Counted from the stretch's first letter, positions 40,226 through 50,271 are shown. The stretch is DNA of 64,000 nt from an uncultured Pseudomonadota bacterium (GCA_903915625.1 CAIWTN010000077.1:12172-76171), one strand, 5' to 3'. The notes: a model not told the origin generated them from the sequence alone. Translations and numbers: made by a program.

Positions 40226-41644
40226 ATGAAACGTAAATTGGTAGCCCTATCCCTAGGCAGTTTAGCTCTGATTTCTCACATCGGTTGCAAAAACTCGGCT
40301 AATTCAGAGAGCAAAGCTAAGGAATCGACGGTTAAAAGCCGGGTAGGTAATGCGAGTGAAGAACAGGAATCACCAGCGTACAAAGCGTTTGTTAGCGAAT
40401 TTGTGGCCATCAAAAATGCCGATGATTTTGCCGCTATTCTTGGTAAACTTCAAAGAGATTACAATACTTATCCCGTCGACCTGAAGTTTGTTGCAGCGCA
40501 ACTCATACCTCTATCTGGTCTGCGGGGCCTTGGATATTTAGTACATAACCTCGCTGTTCAGAGCAAGGTAACGGACAGTCTAGCAGTGACTGGTCTGATG
40601 GTGACTGCGAGTGGAATAAATCTATTTTCGCCACCGCCAACCAACGGGGGCTCTGGGACAGCAGCATGGTCGGCGATTTTCGACTATCTGACTTTGCCTT
40701 TTGCAGGTGTTTCTGAGAAGTTTAGAAGTGTACGAGATCTGCAGGCTTTTATTCATACGAATCTGGTTGCTAATAAAGCCCTTGATATCGCGATTTCCAG
40801 GATTTCTGAGTTGAATATCACGGTAAATACCCCAGTGGTCTGGGACAACCGTTTGGTATACGGTGCAAGTGGCTTCGCGGATAGTCAAGACCGCTTTGTA
40901 ACCCTAACAGACTCTGAGAAGAATGTGGCCATTGCTGGTCTACACTCTATATACCACAACACATTAGTCTTTTTGTCTTATAACTATGACGATTCCATCA
41001 AGGCTATGGATAAAGTTGGTAGGCTGGTTGGGTTAGATGTTGTTTTGCCTGGTCAACCAGATGGAGTTTCGGCTCGAGATAGAGCAAAAATTATTCGGAG
41101 CTTTCCAGCTCTGTTCACAGCACTTCCAACTGCTGCTGAATACATGCCTGCTGCATATGCGCATCTGAAGGCTTCAGTCGAAGCAGTAGGCGAGGCATGG
41201 CGCGCAACTAAAGCTCAGGGCAACAACAGCTCAAACGATTTCCAACTGCTCAGTCCCGCAAAGATCTTGCCGTGGCAGCGGATCAACGATGTGTCTTTGA
41301 GTAATATCAAAGCTCTGTTGAATGGTCAGCCTGTGCGTAGCGCAGTCACTGGAGAAACAGTAACGATGAATATACCCGCTTTTTACACCAATCCGCCGCA
41401 GAATATGCAGGCTTTTTTGCCCGTTGCCTTCAAGTCGGGAGACCAAAATATCGTAGTAGCAGGGCAAACAACGCGTAATTATCACTACGGTGAGGCGGAG
41501 CAGTGGGACATCAATGCCTTTAAGCCTTATATGCCTGGTGTTAATAGTTCAACAGACGTGGCGCGTGACATTCGGATCTTAGGACAAGTATGGGGCGGGT
41601 GGTTTGCCAGTGTTCCGACTGTGGCTATGACCATTGCAATGTGA
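40226..41644 (+). CDS. Hypothetical lipoprotein
   Basis: Signal MKRKLVALSLGSLALISHIGC; GGAGG RBS; 472 aa; no family recognised. Confidence 0.8.
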   Translation: MKRKLVALSLGSLALISHIGCKNSANSESKAKESTVKSRVGNASEEQESPAYKAFVSEFVAIKNADDFAAILGKLQRDYNTYPVDLKFVAAQLIPLSGLRGLGYLVHNLAVQSKVTDSLAVTGLMVTASGINLFSPPPTNGGSGTAAWSAIFDYLTLPFAGVSEKFRSVRDLQAFIHTNLVANKALDIAISRISELNITVNTPVVWDNRLVYGASGFADSQDRFVTLTDSEKNVAIAGLHSIYHNTLVFLSYNYDDSIKAMDKVGRLVGLDVVLPGQPDGVSARDRAKIIRSFPALFTALPTAAEYMPAAYAHLKASVEAVGEAWRATKAQGNNSSNDFQLLSPAKILPWQRINDVSLSNIKALLNGQPVRSAVTGETVTMNIPAFYTNPPQNMQAFLPVAFKSGDQNIVVAGQTTRNYHYGEAEQWDINAFKPYMPGVNSSTDVARDIRILGQVWGGWFASVPTVAMTIAM

Positions 41645-41667
41645 CTTTGCGATAATTGCGAGCATGA

Positions 41668-43929
41668 ATGAACGCATTTAATTGGCGGCGTATATTTTTG
41701 GTGATTCCGGGGGTGCCGCTGCAGCGCATGTTGCGTGCGGCCTTCCGGCGCCCCAAGAGTGTGTTAGCAGTGTTTGCACTTGCCATAGCTTTGCTACTGC
41801 CAGGTTTAGGTAGTCTGAAAATATTATTATCTGTAGTCGATATGTTGGACTCAGATGCTCCGTCTCGACAGGCCAATGTGCTGGCAAAAAGCGCATTTCC
41901 CGGTGATCAAGAACTAAGCGTGCTTTTTCAGCGGCGTGATGGTCACAGCCTAGATCAGGGGGAATTATGCCGCATCCGTACTTGGACCCGGCAGCTTGAT
42001 TTTACTAATCAAGAACTGCAATTTATCAATTCGCCCTTCCACGTGCGTATAGGCCAGGAGGCGACGCGCGCATTGCAATATCCGCTGCTTATGCCGTTGG
42101 ATTGCGATGCGGTCTCAAGTCCAAATAATACAAGGCTCGGGCCAGTGCTTGACTCGCCACTAGAGCGGATCTTCGTGGGAGTGCGTCAAGATACTGTTCT
42201 TGTGGACTTATTCTTGCGAAATACTTTAGGTGGTAGCCGCTATGGTGCGTTTGACCCAGCACCTGTCAGCGAGATTCAGGCGAGTTTGGCCTCTGCGTTT
42301 CCTCAGACGGATAAGATCCAGACAAGTATTAGCAGTAGTGCCGCTTTTAAGTGGTATTTTGTCAAAAGCTTGATGCAAGACCAGAGTGTAAATTTGCTGG
42401 TGCTAGTTGTCTTTTGTTTTGGTTTTCGCGCACTTTTTGGATCTTGGCGCGGTGCTCTGATACTGGCTGGATCGTTAATTACCTGCACAATCATGCTTTT
42501 TGCCGGTATGGGTTTCTATGGTACTCCCATCGATATCCTCACAAATAGTCTATTCACTATCGTTGCGTTGGCTTCTGCGGAAGACTTTTTGTACCTTTCG
42601 CAGGCGCAGCAGAGTCAGCCGCCCGGATCGAGTTGGCGCGAGCCATTTCGAAAATTGATTCTACCGTCTTTTTATACATCCCTCAGTACTGTGATTGGCT
42701 TCGCCTCACTCTGTTTGTCTGATATCACGCCGATCCGCCGCCTCGGGCTTTGGGCGGCGGTGGGTGCTGCGCTAGAATTTTTTATTGTTTTTTTGATGCT
42801 TCCGGCCTTTCTGCAAATATCTCCGAAGATGCAGCGGTGGACGAAGCAGCACCCCACTAGCTTGACCCGCCGTCTGTCAGTATTAAGTGATATGCGTCTT
42901 CCGATGCCTTTTTTTCGCGCACTTATCGTTATATTTGGTGTGGCCTCTTTCGGTTTTACGCGCCTTGAGGTTCAGGATTCCCTTGAACGGATGTGGGATT
43001 CGCAGCACTCATTTAATCTGAGCATGCGGCAACTGCAGGAGAGTTTTGGCTGGAACGGTGCTCTCGACTTGGTCCTGCGTGACCCTAGTCGTATTGCGGA
43101 TCACCGCTCTATTTTAAACAAGATATCGCAGGTCCCAGGGGTAGTTAAGGTCGAAGATCCTTATGAACTGCTCGATTTCACTGGCAAGGATTTATCAACA
43201 AGTCGGCGGGAGCTACAGCGTCGAGAATTTGCACTGTCCCCGCAATACGCACGATGGTTTTCGACTAAAAATCCTTTGGTCAGGGCGACCATTTTTACCT
43301 CCGGTTCCGACCTGGCTACTTTGCGGCCGATCAGAGCGCGAGTTGAAGAACTCTGTGGTAGGGACTTGTGTTTCTTGACGGGCGATCTTGCCGCCTATGC
43401 TGATTTTTCCGATCATGTGATCACCACTCTGATAGGCAGCTTTTTGCTAAGTCTTGTTCTGGTTGCAGCGCTCCTCTTTGGACTATCCAGAGCTCTCAAG
43501 GTGCGTGCCGCGTTGCCTCTGATCGCCTCTTCGATGTGGGGGCCGTTCGTTCTTCTCGGCCTGACGCCACTTGTGTTTGGGGGAGTCAATTTTGTCACCT
43601 GCGTATTTGCAGCCGTATTAGTCGGTCTCGCGGGTGACAGTGGTATTCAATTTTTGTTCGCTAGCCGTCATGGTAGTATAGCCGAGGGTATGCGTAGCAA
43701 AGGTGTTGGTTCGGTGCAGATGGCCTTTCTTGCAGCCACGGCATCACTTGCCTATTTAAAGTCAGATTTCGCTCAGCCAAGGATTTTGGGTCTGCTGTTT
43801 GCTGCCGGGTTTATTTGCATGCTCGTGGGAGACCTCTGGCTACTGCGTGGGTTTTTGGGTTTAAGTTGGCGTCGAAAGCATAAGTACGGTTTGGACTCTG
43901 AATCCACAAGGCAGCCTCGGCGAATTTAA
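41668..43929 (+). CDS. MMPL/RND-family membrane transporter
   Basis: Two repeats of TM + periplasmic loop + TM bundle; TSLSTVIGFASL, GLAGDSGI. Confidence 0.75.
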   Translation: MNAFNWRRIFLVIPGVPLQRMLRAAFRRPKSVLAVFALAIALLLPGLGSLKILLSVVDMLDSDAPSRQANVLAKSAFPGDQELSVLFQRRDGHSLDQGELCRIRTWTRQLDFTNQELQFINSPFHVRIGQEATRALQYPLLMPLDCDAVSSPNNTRLGPVLDSPLERIFVGVRQDTVLVDLFLRNTLGGSRYGAFDPAPVSEIQASLASAFPQTDKIQTSISSSAAFKWYFVKSLMQDQSVNLLVLVVFCFGFRALFGSWRGALILAGSLITCTIMLFAGMGFYGTPIDILTNSLFTIVALASAEDFLYLSQAQQSQPPGSSWREPFRKLILPSFYTSLSTVIGFASLCLSDITPIRRLGLWAAVGAALEFFIVFLMLPAFLQISPKMQRWTKQHPTSLTRRLSVLSDMRLPMPFFRALIVIFGVASFGFTRLEVQDSLERMWDSQHSFNLSMRQLQESFGWNGALDLVLRDPSRIADHRSILNKISQVPGVVKVEDPYELLDFTGKDLSTSRRELQRREFALSPQYARWFSTKNPLVRATIFTSGSDLATLRPIRARVEELCGRDLCFLTGDLAAYADFSDHVITTLIGSFLLSLVLVAALLFGLSRALKVRAALPLIASSMWGPFVLLGLTPLVFGGVNFVTCVFAAVLVGLAGDSGIQFLFASRHGSIAEGMRSKGVGSVQMAFLAATASLAYLKSDFAQPRILGLLFAAGFICMLVGDLWLLRGFLGLSWRRKHKYGLDSESTRQPRRI

Positions 43930-43957
43930 GACTCATTCCTCAAAGAGTACGGGACCT

Positions 43958-45745
43958 TTACGATGTTGTGGCCTTTGATTTTAGAAGGCGGAGATCGCGT
44001 GTATTTAGAATGTTTGGTGCTGCCAAACCGCCTCGACGTGCTTGATACACAGCGAATTTCATAAAGTTCAATTCGTTCATGGAGTGAGCGTCCGAACTTA
44101 CGACGAAATGTACCGGATAATTCATAGCTCTACTTAATGCCTGCTCATTTAGATCTAGGCGCGACGGTTGGCCGTTTATTTCCAGTGCACAACCGTAATC
44201 GACGGCGGCTTTGCAAACCTCGGTCCATTCGAAGTCATAGGCAGGCCTTTTACCTATGAGTCGTCCCGTAGGGTGAGCAATGGCATGGACAAGGCCACTC
44301 TGGATTGCTTTGATGAGGCGCTTGGTAATGACCTGAGGTGATTGCTTGAGCCCATAATGGATGGCTGCTATCACCCAGTCCGCCTCCTTCAGTGTCTCCT
44401 TAGGCATATCCAAGGCTCCGTCCTCGAGAATATCGAGTTCAACGCCTTTTAGGATTCGGATGTCAGGAAATGAGCCCTGAATTTTATTGATATTTGACCA
44501 CTGTTCTTGCAGTTGAAATTCATCTAATCCCTTAGCCACAGTCACTCGCTGGGAGTGATCGGTTATAGCTAAATACTCATAATGATGCCGTTGTGCCGCC
44601 TCGATCATCTCTAGCATGGAATGGCGTCCATCAGTCGCATCGGTATGAACATGCAGATCGCCGCGGATATCTTGGGTCTCGACGAGTTGAGGGAGTCGAC
44701 CGGTAGCTGCTAGTTCAATTTCGCCGTGGCCCTCGCGCAGTTCGGGGGGGATCCAAGTTAGTCCTAGTGTTCTATAGACGTCCTCCTCAGTTCTGCCGGC
44801 ACGCGCAATGTCGCCTTCAAATAAGCCGTACTCATTGAGCTTGAGGCCGAGATTCTGCGCCATCTTCCGCAACTCAATGTTGTGAGATTTTGAGCCAGTA
44901 AAGTAGAGGAGTGCTGCGCCAAAAGATTCCCTCGGAACTACACGCAGATCCACTTGCCGGCCGCTGGCGAGTCGTAGGGACATTTTTGTCGCCCCACGGC
45001 CGAGTACCGTTGCCGCCGTGTCGAAGTTTTGAAGCCGGTCCATGAGCGCTGCGGCATCGTCACAGTCCGCAACCAGATCAAGGTCACCGACTGTCTCTCG
45101 CGAGCGACGGTAACTGCCAGCAACCTCAAACTTATTGTTGCCCGTAGTAGGTGCTAGGTAACTAGTCAAGCGATTCGCAAGGTCGCTAGCCTCATCGAGA
45201 AGCATGCGCCCCGAGGCCGCTTCCGCCTGCGTCAAGGAGGTTAGAATATTGGCCTCGGTCTTGGCACCGAATCCTTTCACGCCTGCCAATTGATGGGCTT
45301 CGGTCGCTGCGCGGAGCCCTTCTAGTGAATGGATACCAAGCACTCTCTCGAGCTGACGTGCCTTTTTGGGCCCGATTCCAGGGACTAGTAGCAGGTCGCG
45401 GGTGCCAGTTGGTATTTGTCGGCGGAGCTTATAAAGTAATTTGAATTCACCAGTACTCAGGATTTCTGTGATCTTACCGGCGAGGTCTTTGCCAATTCCT
45501 GGTATGTCGGTCAGTTTGTAAGTGGGGTCCGAGGTAAGCGAGCTTAGCGGTTGATCTAGATCACGCAGGCTGCGCGCAGCGTTTCGATAGGCTCTGATTC
45601 GAAACGGGTTCTCATTATGTAATGCAAGTAAATCGGCGGCTTCGTCGAAAAGCTCAGCGATTTCTTTGTTGTCACGATCATGGGGCGGTAAGTTTGTATG
45701 ATCTGGTGCTGGCTTGTCACCGGCCCCGGTACGAGATTGGCGCAT
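43958..45745 (-). CDS. polX: DNA polymerase X with PHP domain
   Basis: NPFRIRAYR.AA, GIG HhH motifs, GSYRR..TVGDLD, YFTGSKSHN, DLHVHT, ITDHS, SSDAH. Confidence 0.95.
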   Translation of the reverse strand: MRQSRTGAGDKPAPDHTNLPPHDRDNKEIAELFDEAADLLALHNENPFRIRAYRNAARSLRDLDQPLSSLTSDPTYKLTDIPGIGKDLAGKITEILSTGEFKLLYKLRRQIPTGTRDLLLVPGIGPKKARQLERVLGIHSLEGLRAATEAHQLAGVKGFGAKTEANILTSLTQAEAASGRMLLDEASDLANRLTSYLAPTTGNNKFEVAGSYRRSRETVGDLDLVADCDDAAALMDRLQNFDTAATVLGRGATKMSLRLASGRQVDLRVVPRESFGAALLYFTGSKSHNIELRKMAQNLGLKLNEYGLFEGDIARAGRTEEDVYRTLGLTWIPPELREGHGEIELAATGRLPQLVETQDIRGDLHVHTDATDGRHSMLEMIEAAQRHHYEYLAITDHSQRVTVAKGLDEFQLQEQWSNINKIQGSFPDIRILKGVELDILEDGALDMPKETLKEADWVIAAIHYGLKQSPQVITKRLIKAIQSGLVHAIAHPTGRLIGKRPAYDFEWTEVCKAAVDYGCALEINGQPSRLDLNEQALSRAMNYPVHFVVSSDAHSMNELNFMKFAVYQARRGGLAAPNILNTRDLRLLKSKATTS

Positions 45746-45891
45746 GAGCTACTCAACCTAAGATCTGCGCGTGTGAAATCGCGCTAATTTCCTTAGCCTG
45801 CTTACCCACTACTCAACCAGCAACTTTCGGGCCATTCATATTAGCTAAGCTGGGACGGGGCTCTGAGCGCGCATCCCAGCATTCAATCTGA

Positions 45892-47055
45892 TTAGTTTTT
45901 GTCGATAAATGTATTGCGGCAGAAGGTGTTGATCCCTTCGCTATCGCCGATGATAGGACATTTCCCGCGGGAGAGCGGGTTATTACTAAAGTCGAGATAC
46001 TTGACATATCGAAGTGAACTATTTTGTGCCAAGGGCCTCAGGTCGGCAACTTGGTTGTTCGCGATGTGCAGCACTTCAAGATTGGTTAGTCCGGCCAATG
46101 GGGCCAGATCATCGAGTTTATTATCGTTAGCGTAGAATCTGACCAGTGTCTTGGCTGTGGCCACCGAATCAACGGTTTTAATTTGGTTACCGGAAACGTC
46201 AAGCTCTTCGAGAGCGGTCAGTTTTTCCACTCCGCCTAAGTTAGTCAGACCATTGCCAGACACGTTGAGTATCGTTAACTGCGCCCAGTCCGTGCTAGCG
46301 GGCAGTTTCGTCAGTTTATTGTTGGCAGCGACTAATGAGGTCAGGTTCTTGAGTTGGAAAAGTGGCGCAAGGTCGGTAAGTCCGTTGTCAGATAAATCAA
46401 GCGTTTCCAGTCTGGTGGCTCGGGTCAGTAGCGTCAAATCTACAAGGCCCTGTCCTGGAAGTGCCAGATCGGACATGCTGGCTAGACGCTTTAGCATGTC
46501 AATACAGTTACGAGTTTGCGTGGACTTTTGCAAAATAAGGGCTGTCTTGGCGAATTCGCCTTGATCATTGGCAGCCCTATCGCAGATCTGCTGATCACTC
46601 GACGTGATCGAACGTATGGCGCGTACGCCACCCTGTCTCAGGAGCGAAGCCGCGTGCCCTCGCCAATCAGTGGCTTTACCCTCTGGGAGCGTACTGATGT
46701 CTACCCAGGCCGTGGTTGCGTCGCTGCCGAACGAGATACGCCCAGTGACGGATTCACTAATGGTAACAGTCAAGTCGTAGCGCACATCGTCGCCTAAATT
46801 CGCCACTCTTAAATGGCGTATCGAACCGAGCATCCGGAGTTTATCTTTAGTAAACTGGAGCTCATCGGGGGTTGGAACCAGCCAATGGTCGCCGAATAGG
46901 TGGACATCTTTGGCCTCATCGATGCCTGCTAAAGCACTGGCTACGCGGTCTAAGTCGGCATTGTCGGGGCTTGAAAGCGGCGCCGATCCGGTCGTCCGGC
47001 ACCCATACAGCGCGAGGCAAATGATTGTACATAAGCTGATGAACCGCTTGTCCAT
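45892..47055 (-). CDS. Internalin-like leucine-rich-repeat lipoprotein
   Basis: Lipobox LYGC; repeated LxxLxLxxNxL units. Start ATG 47055. Confidence 0.85.
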   Translation of the reverse strand: MDKRFISLCTIICLALYGCRTTGSAPLSSPDNADLDRVASALAGIDEAKDVHLFGDHWLVPTPDELQFTKDKLRMLGSIRHLRVANLGDDVRYDLTVTISESVTGRISFGSDATTAWVDISTLPEGKATDWRGHAASLLRQGGVRAIRSITSSDQQICDRAANDQGEFAKTALILQKSTQTRNCIDMLKRLASMSDLALPGQGLVDLTLLTRATRLETLDLSDNGLTDLAPLFQLKNLTSLVAANNKLTKLPASTDWAQLTILNVSGNGLTNLGGVEKLTALEELDVSGNQIKTVDSVATAKTLVRFYANDNKLDDLAPLAGLTNLEVLHIANNQVADLRPLAQNSSLRYVKYLDFSNNPLSRGKCPIIGDSEGINTFCRNTFIDKN

Positions 47056-47294
47056 GAGATCTCCTGCGCTGAAATGAATCTTGAACATGAGCCTAGCAAA
47101 GGATCATCCTATGATCTAGCGCCGTACCGGCGATTGTTTTTAAGACCCTAGAATTATTGGTGTATTAGCTTCCAGCGCGGGGCGACCTCCGGAGTGCGGC
47201 TATCACCCTCGGTGCGGAAAAGCCGCTGCGATTTAAAGCGCGTCATAAGCCACATATCTAATGGAACCTAACCACAACGCTCATAATCGGTCTT

Positions 47295-47310
47295 TGGTTC
47301 CGGATTTGCA
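47295..47310 (+). promoter_or_regulatory. Putative sigma54 promoter
   Basis: TGGTTCCGGATTTGCA upstream of 47345. Confidence 0.6.
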
Positions 47311-47344
47311 TCGGGATCATCAGGGTTAAGTGAGGTGACGTTAC

Positions 47345-49045
47345 ATGAATGAAAAAACTAACAATGCGTTCGGGGAGCAAAATCAAAATTGGCACATGGT
47401 CGCTGATTTTCTCAAAACTCCGGATGCCTTTGTTGGGTGCGGCGCACCAGAGTTGATTGAGACGCACATCTCACTCATTTTCCTTACCAAGAACTATGTC
47501 TACAAGTTGAAGAAACCAGTTCGCTTTGATTTCCTCGATTATTCAACGCTACGGGCTCGTAAATATGCCTGTGAGCAAGAAGTGCAACTCAACCGTCGTC
47601 TCGCCGCAAATGTATATTTAAGTGTGCTGCCAGTGACGGTGAGTGAAGGTGGTGCCCTTAGCATCGATGGTGAAGGCGAACCCGTAGAGTGGTTGGTTAA
47701 AATGCGCCGCCTGCCACAAGAGCTTATTTTGGACCACATCTTAGAAGGGCCGCACAAGTTCGGCCTTGATATGAGAAGGCTAGCAGCGACCCTAACAAAT
47801 TTTTATCAGCGGGCACCATCCCTCAACATCAACGCTGAGACCTATGTCCGTCACCTCGGTGAGCACGTGCAGAGTAATCGTCACGAGCTACTACGCACCG
47901 AACATGGACTTCCTGAAGCGCTGATCAAGAGAATTCATGGGCGGCAATTGCAGTTTATTGCTTTTGAGACACCTCTGTTTGCGAAAAGGGTGCAAGACGG
48001 ACACATTGTGGACGGTCATGGTGATCTGCGTCCCGAGCATATTTGTCTTGAGGCAGATCCGGTGATCTTTGATTGTGTTGAGTTTAGTGATGAGCTGCGG
48101 CAAGTTGATACCATCGATGAACTTTGTTTTCTTGCGATGGAATGTGAGCGGCTTGGTTTTCCCGAGTACGGTGACACTGTCATTAATTATTATGCAGAAA
48201 CCAGCGGTGATTTCGCGCCCCAGCGACTCATCGCGTTTTATAAATCATATCGAGCATGTGTGCGGGCAAAGGTAGCTGTGCTGAGAGCACTGCAGTCGGT
48301 AGGTGCGATTCGCGACCATGCAAAAAATCTCGCTCTCAAATACCTAGAAATGGCTGATCAAAGTTTTGGTTGGGCGAGTGCTCCCTTGTGTGTGATTACG
48401 CGAGGTATTGTCGGCACCGGAAAGTCCACTATCGCTAAGGGGCTGGCTGAAATCTTGGGAATGGATCTACTGCAAACGGATGCCTTGCGGCGTCAAATCG
48501 TGCTCGAAGTCCCGCCGCCAGGTTCGTATGGTGTTGGGATTTATCAGGCGGAAAGACGGCGAGAAGTTTACGAGCTTATATTTGAGTTGGCCTCTTCAAG
48601 GTTGTCAGAAAGGATTTCGGTGATTTTGGATGCATGCTTCTTGACTCAAGATCTCCAGCAAAGTGTGCGTTTTTTGACCGAAGCCCTAGGGGTATCATTA
48701 GTAATCATAAACTGTGAATGTCCTAGTGATATTGCCGTTGGGCGCATTATTGCTCGTTCGCGCGACCCATCCTGCTTGTCCGACGCTAAGCCCGAGCATT
48801 TTGCTCAGCAAAACCGAGAAGACGAAGGGATATTACCGGGAGTCGCATCGATCCGAATAGACACGTCGAAAGGGACAACTCAGGGTCAGTTGCGGATGAT
48901 TTGTGAGGCATTACGCCAGGTAGTTTTCGCTAAGCAAAAATCTGACGCCGCTTTCATGAAGGCGTCAGAGGTAGTATCAACGGTTGTTCCCCTGGGAGTG
49001 CCAGAGATGGCGAGCCCCAGAAGCGCAATGGAAAACAAGTCTTGA
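47345..49045 (+). CDS. Aminoglycoside-phosphotransferase-like + P-loop kinase fusion (Rv2004c-like)
   Basis: ETHIS, YKLKKPV.FDFLD, LNRRLA, HGDLRPEH, DCVEF, GIVGTGKST, LDA.F. Confidence 0.88.
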   Translation: MNEKTNNAFGEQNQNWHMVADFLKTPDAFVGCGAPELIETHISLIFLTKNYVYKLKKPVRFDFLDYSTLRARKYACEQEVQLNRRLAANVYLSVLPVTVSEGGALSIDGEGEPVEWLVKMRRLPQELILDHILEGPHKFGLDMRRLAATLTNFYQRAPSLNINAETYVRHLGEHVQSNRHELLRTEHGLPEALIKRIHGRQLQFIAFETPLFAKRVQDGHIVDGHGDLRPEHICLEADPVIFDCVEFSDELRQVDTIDELCFLAMECERLGFPEYGDTVINYYAETSGDFAPQRLIAFYKSYRACVRAKVAVLRALQSVGAIRDHAKNLALKYLEMADQSFGWASAPLCVITRGIVGTGKSTIAKGLAEILGMDLLQTDALRRQIVLEVPPPGSYGVGIYQAERRREVYELIFELASSRLSERISVILDACFLTQDLQQSVRFLTEALGVSLVIINCECPSDIAVGRIIARSRDPSCLSDAKPEHFAQQNREDEGILPGVASIRIDTSKGTTQGQLRMICEALRQVVFAKQKSDAAFMKASEVVSTVVPLGVPEMASPRSAMENKS

Positions 49046-49501
49046 TCAATGAGGGGTCAGAGCAGATACCACTCGTTCGTTCGCGATTTGTCGTGCACTT
49101 ACCTTTGAAAGTGTAGTCAACTCAGTGGCAAAGAGTTCGTACAGATCATCAATTGATACAATTCCGGTCAGATGACCCTGATCGTCAATCACTGGCAAGC
49201 GCCGAATACCAGTCTGCTCAAGCTTACGAGCTGTCTCAAAAAGTCCGTCGCTTTCCTTCGCAACTGTCGGGTTTCGGACCATGATCTCATTTATCTGAAT
49301 CATTCTAGGATCCATGTTGTTAGCCATTACTTTGGTGACCAAATCACGATCGGTGATGATGCCAATTGCTTTTTTGTCTTGTGGTTTTACGACAACAAGT
49401 TCTCCGACGTGTTTGTCTCTCATCAAGCGTGCAGCCTCAGCAGCTGAAACGTCCGATGTTGTACACACTACTGAGCTTTTACACACATCCTTGAGGGCCA
49501 T
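49046..49501 (-). CDS. Tandem CBS-domain protein (Hrp1/Rv2626c-like)
   Basis: AARLMRDKHVG, GIITDRD, IRRLPV, GIVSIDD. Start ATG 49501. Confidence 0.9.
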   Translation of the reverse strand: MALKDVCKSSVVCTTSDVSAAEAARLMRDKHVGELVVVKPQDKKAIGIITDRDLVTKVMANNMDPRMIQINEIMVRNPTVAKESDGLFETARKLEQTGIRRLPVIDDQGHLTGIVSIDDLYELFATELTTLSKVSARQIANERVVSALTPH

Positions 49502-49572
49502 AAAAGAATCTCCCTGAGTTGAAATAAATCGTAGATTGCATTCAATACCAATCAATCAAGTGGGCTACCTAA

Positions 49573-49588
49573 AGCAAATGCTGTGCCA
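49573..49588 (-). promoter_or_regulatory. Putative sigma54 promoter (CBS gene)
   Basis: Minus strand TGGCACAGCATTTGCT. Confidence 0.8.
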
Positions 49589-49622
49589 TAAATTATCTGG
49601 AGTGCGATAACGCGCAGATTTA

Positions 49623-49638
49623 TGGCACGTCGTTTGCT
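49623..49638 (+). promoter_or_regulatory. Putative sigma54 promoter (Hsp20)
   Basis: TGGCACGTCGTTTGCT, consensus. Confidence 0.82.
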
Positions 49639-49728
49639 TGTGAGTAACGGGAATGCATAAGGTTGTATGGATTTTGAAAATGTCCGACCTTATCTTGGTG
49701 TGTGAAAATAAATATTGGGAGACAAATC

Positions 49729-50223
49729 ATGTTAACGGATCTAGTTCCAAGTGGTTTTAGGGCTCTTGCACCGTGGCGCCGTCGTGATGAGTTGGCTGAT
49801 TTTCAGCGAAGTGTGAATAAGCTGATGCGCGACTTCTTTGAGGATGAGCCCGCATTTCTCAGCCAAATTGACGCTGCTGACGTTGGTGCGGCATTTGCAC
49901 CACGGATGGAACTGCAAGAGTACGATGATAAGATCGTCTTGTCCGCTGAGTTACCTGGACTTAGCGATAAAGATGTCGAAGTATCGATAGATAAAGAGGC
50001 ACTTACGGTAAGGGGCGAGAAAAAAGAAGAGAAAGAAACAAAAGGGGTAGGGCGTAGTTTTAGCGAACGTCGCTACGGTGCGTTTGAACGCACGATCCGC
50101 CTGCCGGCATCAGTAGATAAGGATAAAATTTCTGCTAAGTTCGAACATGGCGTTTTGACTGTTGAAGTGCCGAAAACCCCAGAAGCACGCAGAGAAGTCA
50201 AGAAAATCCCAATCAAGCACTAA
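49729..50223 (+). CDS. Hsp20/alpha-crystallin small heat-shock protein
   Basis: AELPGL, LTVRGEK, ERRYGAFERTIRLP, AKFEHGVLTV, IPI. Start ATG 49729. Confidence 0.95.
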   Translation: MLTDLVPSGFRALAPWRRRDELADFQRSVNKLMRDFFEDEPAFLSQIDAADVGAAFAPRMELQEYDDKIVLSAELPGLSDKDVEVSIDKEALTVRGEKKEEKETKGVGRSFSERRYGAFERTIRLPASVDKDKISAKFEHGVLTVEVPKTPEARREVKKIPIKH

Positions 50224-50232
50224 GCTTAAAAT

Positions 50233-50271
50233 AGAGTCCCCGGAACTAGTATCCGTGGACTCTTTTTATTT
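50233..50271 (+). terminator. Intrinsic terminator (possibly bidirectional)
   Basis: AGAGTCC-c-CGGA...TCCG-t-GGACTCT followed by a T-tract, between the convergent Hsp20 and HPF genes. Confidence 0.7.

Noticed and set aside
47345-49045. Aminoglycoside resistance gene
   Set aside because: The APH-like fold plus P-loop fusion is a common stress-associated family; resistance cannot be inferred.
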